From a virus: a DNA stretch of 64,000 bases. The notes under the pieces are model-generated. The model was not told the origin of the DNA. It made no database searches and was given only the letters and a program-made list of their open reading frames with translations. The position numbers and the translations under genes were made by a program. Position 1 is the stretch's first letter, and each line of letters starts with the position of its first letter. The stretch is from IMG/VR virus record IMGVR_UViG_3300036716_000695, positions 26,103 through 90,102 of that record, one strand, 5' to 3'. Of the stretch, positions 55,724 through 64,000 are shown in pieces.

Positions 55724-56740
55724 ATGGAGGATTACACAATTGTAGAAAAATATCAGCAAACAAAAAGTAAGACTATAGCCATACGTCCTTTCTTTAATGC
55801 AAATAAAGAAAACATGGGACTTGAGCAATATGGATTATCATTGCATGATGGTGTTTTTCATGAAGAAAGTTTAGCATGTTTAGAAATGAATGGTGTTAAA
55901 CGTTATGTTACAGGTTTAAATGAGTTTGCACCTGAAGTAAAAATGCTTCCAAAATCAGAGAAGAAAGCAAAAATTAAAGAGATAAGAACAGTTGTAGCAC
56001 AGTTAGAAGCTGAATTAGCTGCTAATGTTGTTGACACAGAGGATAAAGAGTTTTGGAATAAACTTACAATAATGAAACCTGATAATTCTGCATTTTGGGA
56101 TAAGATTAGTTTAAGATGTGGTAATGATCCAACATTCCTAGATCCAGCTACAGACCCTTATGATCTTATTAAATTACATGCAATTAATGCAGGTGGTTTT
56201 TCTATTGTTGCTAAATCATTAAAAGCAGCAAAGGAATCTAATACACCTTTTAAGTTTTTCTTAGATACTGCAAAAGAATCATTATCTACAAGAACTGAAT
56301 TAAGTAAACTTAGAAATAAAGCACTAGTTGCATTACAAAATATGTATGATTCTAATGTTGCTAAACTTATGTACGTTGCAAAAATATGTGATGTAGACAG
56401 TGTTCAATATGTAAAAGCTACACCTAATGATGTATTATATGAAAATATGGATGCATACATTAATGGTTTTGGTGCCGAGTCATCTAAAAAAAGAGCAGCT
56501 TCTCAATTTTTAGAAGTAGCTAGTTTAGACATGGAAGAATTAAAAATAAGAGCATTGATTAAAGATTCTCTTTACTATAGATTTATAACAACTAAAGCCG
56601 GAGGTTGGATTGAACCAATTGATAGTGGTGTTAAGTTGGGTAAATCACCATCTGAATGTATGCAACACTTAAAGAATCCAGAGAATGAAGATACTTTAAT
56701 GTCATTACTTGCTAAGGTGGAACCATACTGGAACTCATAA
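55724..56740 (+). CDS. Capsid-module protein of unknown function
   Basis: 338 aa; position after MCP as in crAss-like phages. Confidence 0.7.
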   Translation: MEDYTIVEKYQQTKSKTIAIRPFFNANKENMGLEQYGLSLHDGVFHEESLACLEMNGVKRYVTGLNEFAPEVKMLPKSEKKAKIKEIRTVVAQLEAELAANVVDTEDKEFWNKLTIMKPDNSAFWDKISLRCGNDPTFLDPATDPYDLIKLHAINAGGFSIVAKSLKAAKESNTPFKFFLDTAKESLSTRTELSKLRNKALVALQNMYDSNVAKLMYVAKICDVDSVQYVKATPNDVLYENMDAYINGFGAESSKKRAASQFLEVASLDMEELKIRALIKDSLYYRFITTKAGGWIEPIDSGVKLGKSPSECMQHLKNPENEDTLMSLLAKVEPYWNS

Positions 56741-56750
56741 AATTTGAATA

Positions 56751-57458
56751 ATGAATAACAATACTCTTTTATTAAAATTAAAGCAAAGGCTTAATAAACT
56801 AGATAGTCAAGATTATGACAATATAGAATGTTGGCAATTTGTAGAAGCTTTTAATAAAGTACAATTAGAATGGTGTAGAAGACAGCTACATGGTGGTAAT
56901 ATGTACAAAGAAGGGGATGAGTTATCTAAAAAAAGAATTGATGATTTACAACCCCTATTAATAGAACTTTTATTAACAGGAACTGTATCAGAAACTTATT
57001 TTGAATCAAATAATTTTCCAGTAGATCAATACTTAGAATATAAAAAAGTAAGTACAGACGCTACTTCAGAATGTTGTCCAGATCCTAGATCAATGACTGT
57101 ATACCTTTCTGAAGTAGCTAATGTACCATTACTGCTAAGAGATCCTTTAAAAAATCCAGATTATGAATGGGGTGAAACTTTTTGTACTATGCAAACTAAT
57201 ACAATAAGAATATATAAAAACAATAACTTTAATATTGTCAACCCTGTTTTAACATATTATAGAAAACCAGTCTATATAGAAGTATTGGGATGTACAGATC
57301 CATATACAGGTGTTACAAGCCCTGTTAACATAGACTGTGAATTTAAAGATGATGTAGTTGAATTAATGTTAGATGACACAGCATCTTTAATAGCAGGTGA
57401 TATTGAAAATCAGTATCAACAACAAAGAGGACAAGCTGCAGCTGAACGCAATAATTAA
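56751..57458 (+). CDS. Putative head-tail ring / tail tubular protein
   Basis: LNK.DS, FNK.Q, R.DDL..L, Y.R.P, CE pattern. Confidence 0.6.
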   Translation: MNNNTLLLKLKQRLNKLDSQDYDNIECWQFVEAFNKVQLEWCRRQLHGGNMYKEGDELSKKRIDDLQPLLIELLLTGTVSETYFESNNFPVDQYLEYKKVSTDATSECCPDPRSMTVYLSEVANVPLLLRDPLKNPDYEWGETFCTMQTNTIRIYKNNNFNIVNPVLTYYRKPVYIEVLGCTDPYTGVTSPVNIDCEFKDDVVELMLDDTASLIAGDIENQYQQQRGQAAAERNN

Positions 57459-57569
57459 ACAAAAAATTATTTATACAGTATAGCTTTCTTATTTAAAATT
57501 AATTACGTATATTATTAATGTACACAATGTACAAACTTTATATATTTATAACAACAAAAAACAAAAATT

Positions 57570-59024
57570 ATGGCTTATTTTAATCATGCGTTTTACAAAA
57601 CGTTTGTAGTAGGTTCCACTGAGGCTAATGCCGGAATCTCTACATCAGCACTAGCTGCTGGAGAAATGGGTATTGTTAGTGACTCAGATTGGGAAACTAT
57701 TGCAATACCAGGAGGTGCTTTGCCAGCTAATTCATTAGCTTACTTAGTACAAGGTTCATTTTACACTAAAGACACTATTGGAAACAATCCAGGTCACGGT
57801 GGATACAAAGAATCTGTAAAATCTAAAGGAATCAATCCTAGATATGTATCTAGAGCTTGGTATACAAACTGTTTGGTTGCATCACAGTCTAAGGCTTCAT
57901 TGTCTTTAGGTTCTGATTGTACTCCATGTGGTTCAACACAATTTATGAGAATGGATGTTAAGGGTTCACCTGCATTAAGATTCTTAAATCACAATGCATA
58001 TGCTATTGGAGATTCAGCAAACATTTGCTGTATTGATGGACAAGAGTTTCTTGATCCTGCATTAGTTGGTGCTACTATGGCTGATATGGTATTAGCTAAT
58101 CCTTTAATCAAACCTTTTGTTGCTGAAGCAGATGTTGATGGTGCAAAAGATGCAACTTTAGTTGGTGGAACAGGTTATTCTGTTGCTGCAGGTGTTGCAG
58201 TAACTGGTGGATCTGGATCTGGTGCAGCTGTTAATATTTTAACTGTTGCAGGTGGTGCCGTTGCTACATTTAGCTGGGCTGCTGTAGGTTCTGGATATGC
58301 TGTAGGTGATGTATTAACAATTTCTGGTGGTGGTGCTGATGCAACATTAACTCTTACTTCTGTATCAGAAGGTGGTGTTGTTGTATCTGTAGAAACTGCA
58401 GGAGTAGTTTCACAAGAAGTTTTCACTATTGCTGAAGTATTAGCTGGAACATATGTTGCTTCAACTGATCCAAATGGTGCTAGTAAAGTTTCTGCTACTG
58501 TAGAGTTTGTAGGAGCATACGTAGGTACTAAATTTGGAAATTGTTCTTTTGATTCAAGAGATCACTTTAATGCTGAGCCAGTAGAAATTATTGCTTCTGT
58601 ATTAGATGAAACAGGTGAAGTATGTAATGATTGTGGTGTTGCAACAATGACTCCAGGTCAAATGCAACAAACACAAGGTGAGCAAGTAATCAGAGACTTA
58701 ATCTTATCTGAAAGATACCGTCAATCTCCTTACAACCAAGGAAACGCTGACAGTGCTAGAATCAGAGAAATTGAAATGTCTGATGAGTTACTTTCTGCTG
58801 TAGATAGAAGTGCTACATATAAAGCATACTACTTACAACACAGTGTACCACGTTTCAACAATCCAAGTGGATTATTTGATAATGATCAGTATGTTTACCA
58901 AATCTATGTTAAGTGTGATGATGATGCAGCAAATGTTGCTGTCAAAGCTTTACTTGACAAAGTTGTTGCTTTAGCTAATGCAGCTGGGAATCCAATTGCA
59001 GTAGAATACAACAGTGCTTGGTAA
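57570..59024 (+). CDS. Abundant structural protein (auxiliary capsid / tail candidate) with a Gly-rich insert
   Basis: Has its own promoter-like motif (57506-57515) and terminator; Ala/Gly/Val-rich. Confidence 0.65.
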   Translation: MAYFNHAFYKTFVVGSTEANAGISTSALAAGEMGIVSDSDWETIAIPGGALPANSLAYLVQGSFYTKDTIGNNPGHGGYKESVKSKGINPRYVSRAWYTNCLVASQSKASLSLGSDCTPCGSTQFMRMDVKGSPALRFLNHNAYAIGDSANICCIDGQEFLDPALVGATMADMVLANPLIKPFVAEADVDGAKDATLVGGTGYSVAAGVAVTGGSGSGAAVNILTVAGGAVATFSWAAVGSGYAVGDVLTISGGGADATLTLTSVSEGGVVVSVETAGVVSQEVFTIAEVLAGTYVASTDPNGASKVSATVEFVGAYVGTKFGNCSFDSRDHFNAEPVEIIASVLDETGEVCNDCGVATMTPGQMQQTQGEQVIRDLILSERYRQSPYNQGNADSARIREIEMSDELLSAVDRSATYKAYYLQHSVPRFNNPSGLFDNDQYVYQIYVKCDDDAANVAVKALLDKVVALANAAGNPIAVEYNSAW

Positions 59025-59053
59025 AATGTAATATATTTTTACACAAATAAACT

Positions 59054-59086
59054 AGAGCAGGAGAATTAAAAACTCCTGCTCTTTTT
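59054..59086 (+). terminator. Intrinsic terminator
   Basis: AGAGCAGGAG-AATTAAAAA-CTCCTGCTCT-TTTT. Confidence 0.88.
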
Positions 59087-59146
59087 ATTTTATATTGTCT
59101 GTTATTTTTTGTATATTATATATATAGCATGTTAAAGTATTAAAAA

Positions 59147-59698
59147 ATGGCAGATAAGCATATATTAAGTTTAGAAATCCCAACTGTATCTAATTGCGGT
59201 TTATTATGTATTAAAGACACTAGCCAATACTCATCTGAGTTAGCTGTGGATTGTGAAGAATTACTTATCACATTACCAGGTTTCAGTGTGCCTGTACTAA
59301 TAAAAGTTGATAAGGATTTTGATATGTGTTTGACTGCATGCACATTAGCATTACAAAAAGAAAATTGCGGCAATAGCCAGCAAGATATACCTGATGGTAT
59401 ATATGTTATAAGATATAGTGTATCTCCAAATGCAAAAGTATATGTGGAGTATAATCACTTAAGAGTTACTTCTCTACTTACTACTTATTATGAAGTTTTA
59501 TGTAAACTTGATGTTCAGGCTTGTCAGCCAGAATTTCAAAAGCAAGATCTTTTAAATGAAATGTCATTTATTAGAACTCTTATAGATGCAGCAGTTGCAA
59601 ATGCAGAATATTGTCAATCATCTGCTCAAGCAATCCAGCTATATACTTATGCAAAACAAAGATTGAATAAAATAGCTTGTCCTTCAGGACAATGTTAA
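59147..59698 (+). CDS. Cys-rich structural protein (tail hub-like)
   Basis: I.D.S.Y, PDGIY.IRYSV.P; preceded by the TTTGTATATTATA motif. Confidence 0.6.
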   Translation: MADKHILSLEIPTVSNCGLLCIKDTSQYSSELAVDCEELLITLPGFSVPVLIKVDKDFDMCLTACTLALQKENCGNSQQDIPDGIYVIRYSVSPNAKVYVEYNHLRVTSLLTTYYEVLCKLDVQACQPEFQKQDLLNEMSFIRTLIDAAVANAEYCQSSAQAIQLYTYAKQRLNKIACPSGQC

Positions 59699-59726
59699 AT
59701 ATACATAAACCAAAATGTAAAATATT

Positions 59727-59939
59727 ATGAACTGTGCCCATTGTAATAAACCGTTCACATGCGGATGTCAAAAGACTCAAGTAGATGGAGTTACTATACA
59801 CAAAACGTGTAGAACTTCATTTGCTGCTAATAAGGCTGAAGTAATTGCTAAAGCTAATGAAGAAAAAGTTAAAGCATCATCACGTGATTTTGATTTACAA
59901 TTGGCTTCACATCAAATTAAAAACTTAAGAAATACATAA
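59727..59939 (+). CDS. Small Cys/His metal-binding protein
   Basis: MNCAHC.....CGCQ.......H..C. Confidence 0.65.
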   Translation: MNCAHCNKPFTCGCQKTQVDGVTIHKTCRTSFAANKAEVIAKANEEKVKASSRDFDLQLASHQIKNLRNT

Positions 59940-59945
59940 CTGCTG

Positions 59946-60482
59946 ATGCCTACAACACATACATCAAATAGTGATTATAAAAAAGAGCAAGCTCTTATAA
60001 AGAGAATAAACACAGAGCAAAATTTTGCTCAACAGGTGTATGTTCTTTTTAGAGAAGTTAAGTATGGAATATCACCATGCTGTTATTCTGATTTTGAATC
60101 AGCTGTGTTAAAGAAATCATTGTGTGATTGGCAAAATGCAGCTAGTAATAAAGTAGTAGCATCAACTGAAATAGAAGGTCAATTTGTAGAACCTTTAGCA
60201 CAAATAAATTTAAAAGCAAGCATACCTTGTCCTGTTACACCAACTAATGTAGTTACAATATATGACTTAGAAGATTTACTTGAAGATGGAGGTACATACA
60301 CTCAATGTTTTGAGGTTGCATCTGATGAATGGATTATTACACATGGTTTAGGTTCATATCCATCAGTTACAGTTGTAGATAGTGCTAATACTACAGTAGT
60401 AGGAAATGTAGAGTATATAAGTACTCAACAATTAAAAATAACATTTAATGCATCTTTTTCAGGGTGTGCATTTTTAAATTAA
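59946..60482 (+). CDS. Structural protein with a C-terminal fibre-tip-like domain
   Basis: W.ITHGLG.YPSVTVVDS.....G.V.Y.....L.I.F...FSG.A.LN. Confidence 0.65.
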   Translation: MPTTHTSNSDYKKEQALIKRINTEQNFAQQVYVLFREVKYGISPCCYSDFESAVLKKSLCDWQNAASNKVVASTEIEGQFVEPLAQINLKASIPCPVTPTNVVTIYDLEDLLEDGGTYTQCFEVASDEWIITHGLGSYPSVTVVDSANTTVVGNVEYISTQQLKITFNASFSGCAFLN

Positions 60483-60516
60483 ATAAGTAAAATAAATAAT
60501 AAATAAATAAAACAAA

Positions 60517-62922
60517 ATGGCAGTACAATTTTTAACGGGACTCAATGTCCAAGGAAATTTAAATCTGAATGATAATCAAATACAAAATGTAATCATTCAG
60601 CCTCTTGGCGCAGACCCGTCAGGAATTGCAGGTAAAATCTATTATAACTCTGGTACAAATAAACTAAAATTATATGATGGTTCTGCTTGGGTAGATATAA
60701 CAACAGGTGCAGATGGTAACACAACCTATGACTTAACAGCAACAGGATCTGGTAACGGAACAGCAACATTAAATTTAGTTGCTTCAAATCCAGCTAGTAC
60801 TGATGCAATAGTATATACAGGTACAGGTACAACCACAGTAACACGTGCTGGTTCTACATTTACTATTAACTCAGCTGATCAATACGTTGGTACAGTAACA
60901 GATGTTGTAGCTGGTACTGGTATTAGTATAACTGGTAAATCAACAGACGTACCTACAGTAAATATTCTATATGATACTGCAGCGAATGCAATCTTATCAG
61001 CAACTGCACAGAGTCCAACAGCAGAAGACTTTTTATGGTTCTCAGCTGTAGCAGATGATGTTATCTACAGGACATCAATTGATAAAATGCCAGGTTTTGG
61101 TAAAGATGGTACAGTTACTTCTGTAGGATCTGGAGCAGGTTTAACAGGTGGTACAATTACTGCAGCAGGAACACTAGCAGTAGATTATGCAGGAGTAGAC
61201 AACGTTGTATTAGCAGCCAGTGATGGAACAGCTGTTGATTTAGTTGCGGATGATAAAATTTTATTTTCTGATGATACAGATAGCAATGCTAAATTTGCAA
61301 ACTTATCTCAAGTAGCAAGTTATATTAATGCAGGTGCAGGTTCTGTAACTTCTGTTGATGTTAGTGGTGGAACTACTGGTTTAACAACAAGTGGTGGTCC
61401 AATTACAGCTAGTGGAACAATTACTTTAGCTGGTACATTAAACGAAGTAAACGGAGGTACAGGATTAGCAGCATATACCAAAGGAGATATATTATTTGCA
61501 GACGGTGCAAATTCATTAGCTGCATTAGGAATTGGTGGAAATGGGCAAAGACTTGCTGTTTCCTCATTAGGTGTAGTAGAGTGGGTTAATGATTCTGGTT
61601 CAGGTGTAACAAGTATTGAAATAACAGAAACAGGTAATGCATTAACAATTACAGGTGGACCAATTACTACTTCAGGTACAATAAACATTGCAGGAGCAGG
61701 TTCATCAAGTCAAGTAATACTTGGTGATTTAACTTTAGGTACTCATACAACTGGTACAGTAACAAGTGTTGGTACAGGTAAAGGTCTTACAGGTGGAACA
61801 ATTACAGCTACAGGAACAATTGATGTTGATTATGGTATAACTGGTCTTATAGAAGATGCTCCATTAATGGCACAACTTCCAGCGACTGATGACCTTATAT
61901 TAATACAAGATGCAGCAAGTGGTAAAGGAGAAACAGTTAAACAACCGCTTGGTAAGGTTTCATTATCTGTATTTGATGCACCTTCTGCTGATTTAAGTTT
62001 TGGAGCTTTCAAACTTACAGCTTTAGCAAATGGTACAGCATCAAAAGATGCAGTTAACTTAGGGCAAGTACAAGCACTTGTGGCCGGAGTTGGTGTATTC
62101 CAAGGTGGATATGATGCATCAGCAAACTCACCAGCAATAGCAGGAGCAAGTAACATTGCACTAACAACCGGGGATTTCTTTGTTGTTACTAAAGATGGTA
62201 CTATAGCATTTAATGGAAGTAATGTAGATGTAGAGGTTGGAGATACAATTTATGCTAATCAAGCAATTGCAGCAAGTTCTAATCCTCCAGCTTCAGATTA
62301 TGCTATTGTTATTCAAGATCAAAACATTGCAGGAGTAGGTGCTACAGATGGAGCAACTGAAAAAGGTGTTGCTGGATTTAGTAGTGCAACTTTTGCTGGT
62401 ACAGCAACTGGATTTATTACTGTTAAAGCAGGTGGAATTAGTGATGCTCAACTAGCAAGTACATTCAACAAAGAGATTGGTACTAGTACAGATCTTGATA
62501 CAAGTGATGTAGATGTAGTTGATCAGATTAATGTTACAGATGGTGTTATTACATCAATGAGTAAAAGAACATTACCTAATGCTGCAACAGGATCAGTTGG
62601 TGTTACAGAGATAGCAACACAAGCTGAAGTTGATGCGGGAACAGATACATTTAGATATGTAACTCCAGCAACATTAAATAGTGCTCAATCTAAAAGATCA
62701 TACACAGGTACTTATCCAGCAACTACTACAAACACTTTTAGTATTGCTACTGGTGTTCATGGATTAGCTAATGGACCTTGGATTATTCAAACTTATGATT
62801 CTAAAGGAAATCAAGTATTTATGGATGTTCTTGCAGATAAAGCTTCAGGAACTGTAACATTTACTGCAACTGCTAATATGGGTGCAAATAACATTACAGT
62901 AGTAATGCAACTTGTAGGATAA
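60517..62922 (+). CDS. Tail fibre protein
   Basis: 801 aa with GTVTSV..G.GLTGG.IT..GT repeats, DAVNLGQ, and ATQAEVDAGTD..RYVTP..L. Confidence 0.8.
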   Translation: MAVQFLTGLNVQGNLNLNDNQIQNVIIQPLGADPSGIAGKIYYNSGTNKLKLYDGSAWVDITTGADGNTTYDLTATGSGNGTATLNLVASNPASTDAIVYTGTGTTTVTRAGSTFTINSADQYVGTVTDVVAGTGISITGKSTDVPTVNILYDTAANAILSATAQSPTAEDFLWFSAVADDVIYRTSIDKMPGFGKDGTVTSVGSGAGLTGGTITAAGTLAVDYAGVDNVVLAASDGTAVDLVADDKILFSDDTDSNAKFANLSQVASYINAGAGSVTSVDVSGGTTGLTTSGGPITASGTITLAGTLNEVNGGTGLAAYTKGDILFADGANSLAALGIGGNGQRLAVSSLGVVEWVNDSGSGVTSIEITETGNALTITGGPITTSGTINIAGAGSSSQVILGDLTLGTHTTGTVTSVGTGKGLTGGTITATGTIDVDYGITGLIEDAPLMAQLPATDDLILIQDAASGKGETVKQPLGKVSLSVFDAPSADLSFGAFKLTALANGTASKDAVNLGQVQALVAGVGVFQGGYDASANSPAIAGASNIALTTGDFFVVTKDGTIAFNGSNVDVEVGDTIYANQAIAASSNPPASDYAIVIQDQNIAGVGATDGATEKGVAGFSSATFAGTATGFITVKAGGISDAQLASTFNKEIGTSTDLDTSDVDVVDQINVTDGVITSMSKRTLPNAATGSVGVTEIATQAEVDAGTDTFRYVTPATLNSAQSKRSYTGTYPATTTNTFSIATGVHGLANGPWIIQTYDSKGNQVFMDVLADKASGTVTFTATANMGANNITVVMQLVG

Positions 62923-62937
62923 TAAAGAGTAGAATTT

Positions 62938-62984
62938 AAAGGGGGAGCATTTAAATCTAGAATTTAGTGTTTCCCCTTTTTTTT
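62938..62984 (+). terminator. Intrinsic terminator
   Basis: AAAGGGGGAGCATTTAAAT...ATTTAGTGTTTCCCCTTTTTTTT. Confidence 0.8.
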
Positions 62985-63019
62985 AAAATATGTATATTGC
63001 AAACAAAGAATAAAATGTC

Positions 63020-64000
63020 ATGGCTATAAGTTTTTTATCTTCAATAGAAATAAACGGATCATGTACTGTCACTAGTATAGCGAATGATAACAGTACATAT
63101 ACTGGTATATTAGTATGGGATGGTTCAGGATTGAAGTACAGAACTAAAGCTCAACTTTTATCAGATATTGGTGCAGGTTCAGGAACAGGTACTGTGACTT
63201 CAGTTACTGTTACAGGTTCTAATGGTTTATCTGGTACAGGTACAATAACATCAAGTGGTACAATAACCTTATCAAATAGTGATAGAGGTTCAGCTCAAAA
63301 CATATTTAAAAATATTGCAGCAGCTGGTCAATCTAACATTGTTGCAGATAATAATAATGATACACTTACATTTAAAGCAGGTAGTAATATTACAATAAAG
63401 ACTGATGCAAGTACAGATACTATTGAGATTATATCTAAGGATACAACAACAAACTATTATTTAAGTTCTGCATCTTTTGATACAGGTAATGGTGTATTAA
63501 CACTTAATAGATCTGGACTTACTGCAGTAACAGTTGATCTTGATGGAAGATATGCTACAAGCTCAGGTGTTACTTCTATAGCTACTTCAAATGGTATTAC
63601 AGGGGGTACAATAACCTCAACGGGTACAATTCAACTAGACAGTACTGTTATAAGAACTACAGGTGATCAAACTAAAGCAGGAAACTTAACAATTTATGGT
63701 AGTGGATCTACTGGTAACGCTCTTAGTGTAACAAGAGGTAGTGATGGGGCTAATGCTTTTAGAATACAAAACTCTGGTGAGGTTGTAACTGGTGCAAATT
63801 ATTTTTATGCATCTGCTTCTGGTACATCAATGTATGTGCAAAACACAGCAGTATTTAGAGGGTCTATTATAAATGATACTGCTAATGCTCCTGTATTAAT
63901 TAATGATAGTTTAAAAGTTGATGTTGATTTAGAAGTTGCAGGTGGTGATATTACATTGGGTGGTACAGGTAGAATACAAGGTGTTGATACTGTATCATCT
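63020..64000 (+). CDS. Tail fibre protein, 3'-truncated (absent from the track)
   Basis: MAISFLSSIEING... is open to the window end, with GTVTSV/GVTSI repeats and a VDLDGRY fibre motif. Confidence 0.8.
   Translation, partial: MAISFLSSIEINGSCTVTSIANDNSTYTGILVWDGSGLKYRTKAQLLSDIGAGSGTGTVTSVTVTGSNGLSGTGTITSSGTITLSNSDRGSAQNIFKNIAAAGQSNIVADNNNDTLTFKAGSNITIKTDASTDTIEIISKDTTTNYYLSSASFDTGNGVLTLNRSGLTAVTVDLDGRYATSSGVTSIATSNGITGGTITSTGTIQLDSTVIRTTGDQTKAGNLTIYGSGSTGNALSVTRGSDGANAFRIQNSGEVVTGANYFYASASGTSMYVQNTAVFRGSIINDTANAPVLINDSLKVDVDLEVAGGDITLGGTGRIQGVDTVSS

Noticed and set aside
57472-57485. TATACAGTATAGCT as an inverted fourth copy of the TGTTAGCTATAT motif
   Set aside because: Only a partial match, with different orientation and spacing; too weak in AT-rich DNA.
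1128-62156. Many 60-120 aa opposite-strand ORFs in the track (e.g. 1128, 5546, 7794, 11156, 24361, 42124, 52254, 61320, 61830)
   Set aside because: They are antisense shadows of well-supported genes, with no motifs or leaders.
1-64000. Stop-codon reassignment (TAG or TGA), known in some crAss-like phages
   Set aside because: Long genes are intact in code 11. TAG ends MCP and TerL, TGA ends dnaB-region genes, and there is no suppressor tRNA in the window.
1-64000. CRISPR array, integrase, transposon or diversity-generating retroelement
   Set aside because: No regularly spaced repeats, recombinase, transposase or reverse transcriptase motifs were seen.

Overview
This AT-rich 64-kb window comes from a large lytic dsDNA phage of the crAss-like (Crassvirales-related) type. 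Bacteroidetes-style promoters and the gene content point to a Flavobacteria/Bacteroidetes host. It uses the standard genetic code. Layout: (1) 1-2.8 kb is the C-terminal end of a giant + strand protein, probably a virion-ejected cargo or RNA-polymerase-block protein. (2) 2.9-6.1 kb is a - strand ribonucleotide reductase pair (nrdB, nrdA). (3) 6.2-12.9 kb is a + strand island of holins, micro-proteins and fibre proteins. (4) 13-41 kb is a - strand early/replication block: SplB-like radical SAM, MazG, PhoH, PolB, PD-(D/E)xK exonuclease, MoxR AAA+/vWA-peptidase module, resolvase, primase, SSB, Sak4-like ATPase, DnaB, DnaA-CTD protein, Ung, SF2 helicase, three tRNAs and an HNH protein. (5) After a divergent switch at about 41.1-41.3 kb comes the + strand packaging/structural block: basic micro-proteins, amidase, HU/IHF, GroES, TerL, portal, scaffold, MCP, tail and fibre genes. 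Most notable observations: a five-gene MoxR/vWA-metallopeptidase module flanked by three proteins sharing a helical motif; an SplB-like enzyme with an atypical CX3CX4C motif; an unannotated 27-aa CDGSH [2Fe-2S] micro-protein; a TAATG-chained cassette of extremely basic micro-proteins with a split DUF5872; a shared N-terminal anchor on three dispersed proteins; several non-coding motifs; and strong CpG avoidance. All product calls come from motif recognition by eye, not from database searches.
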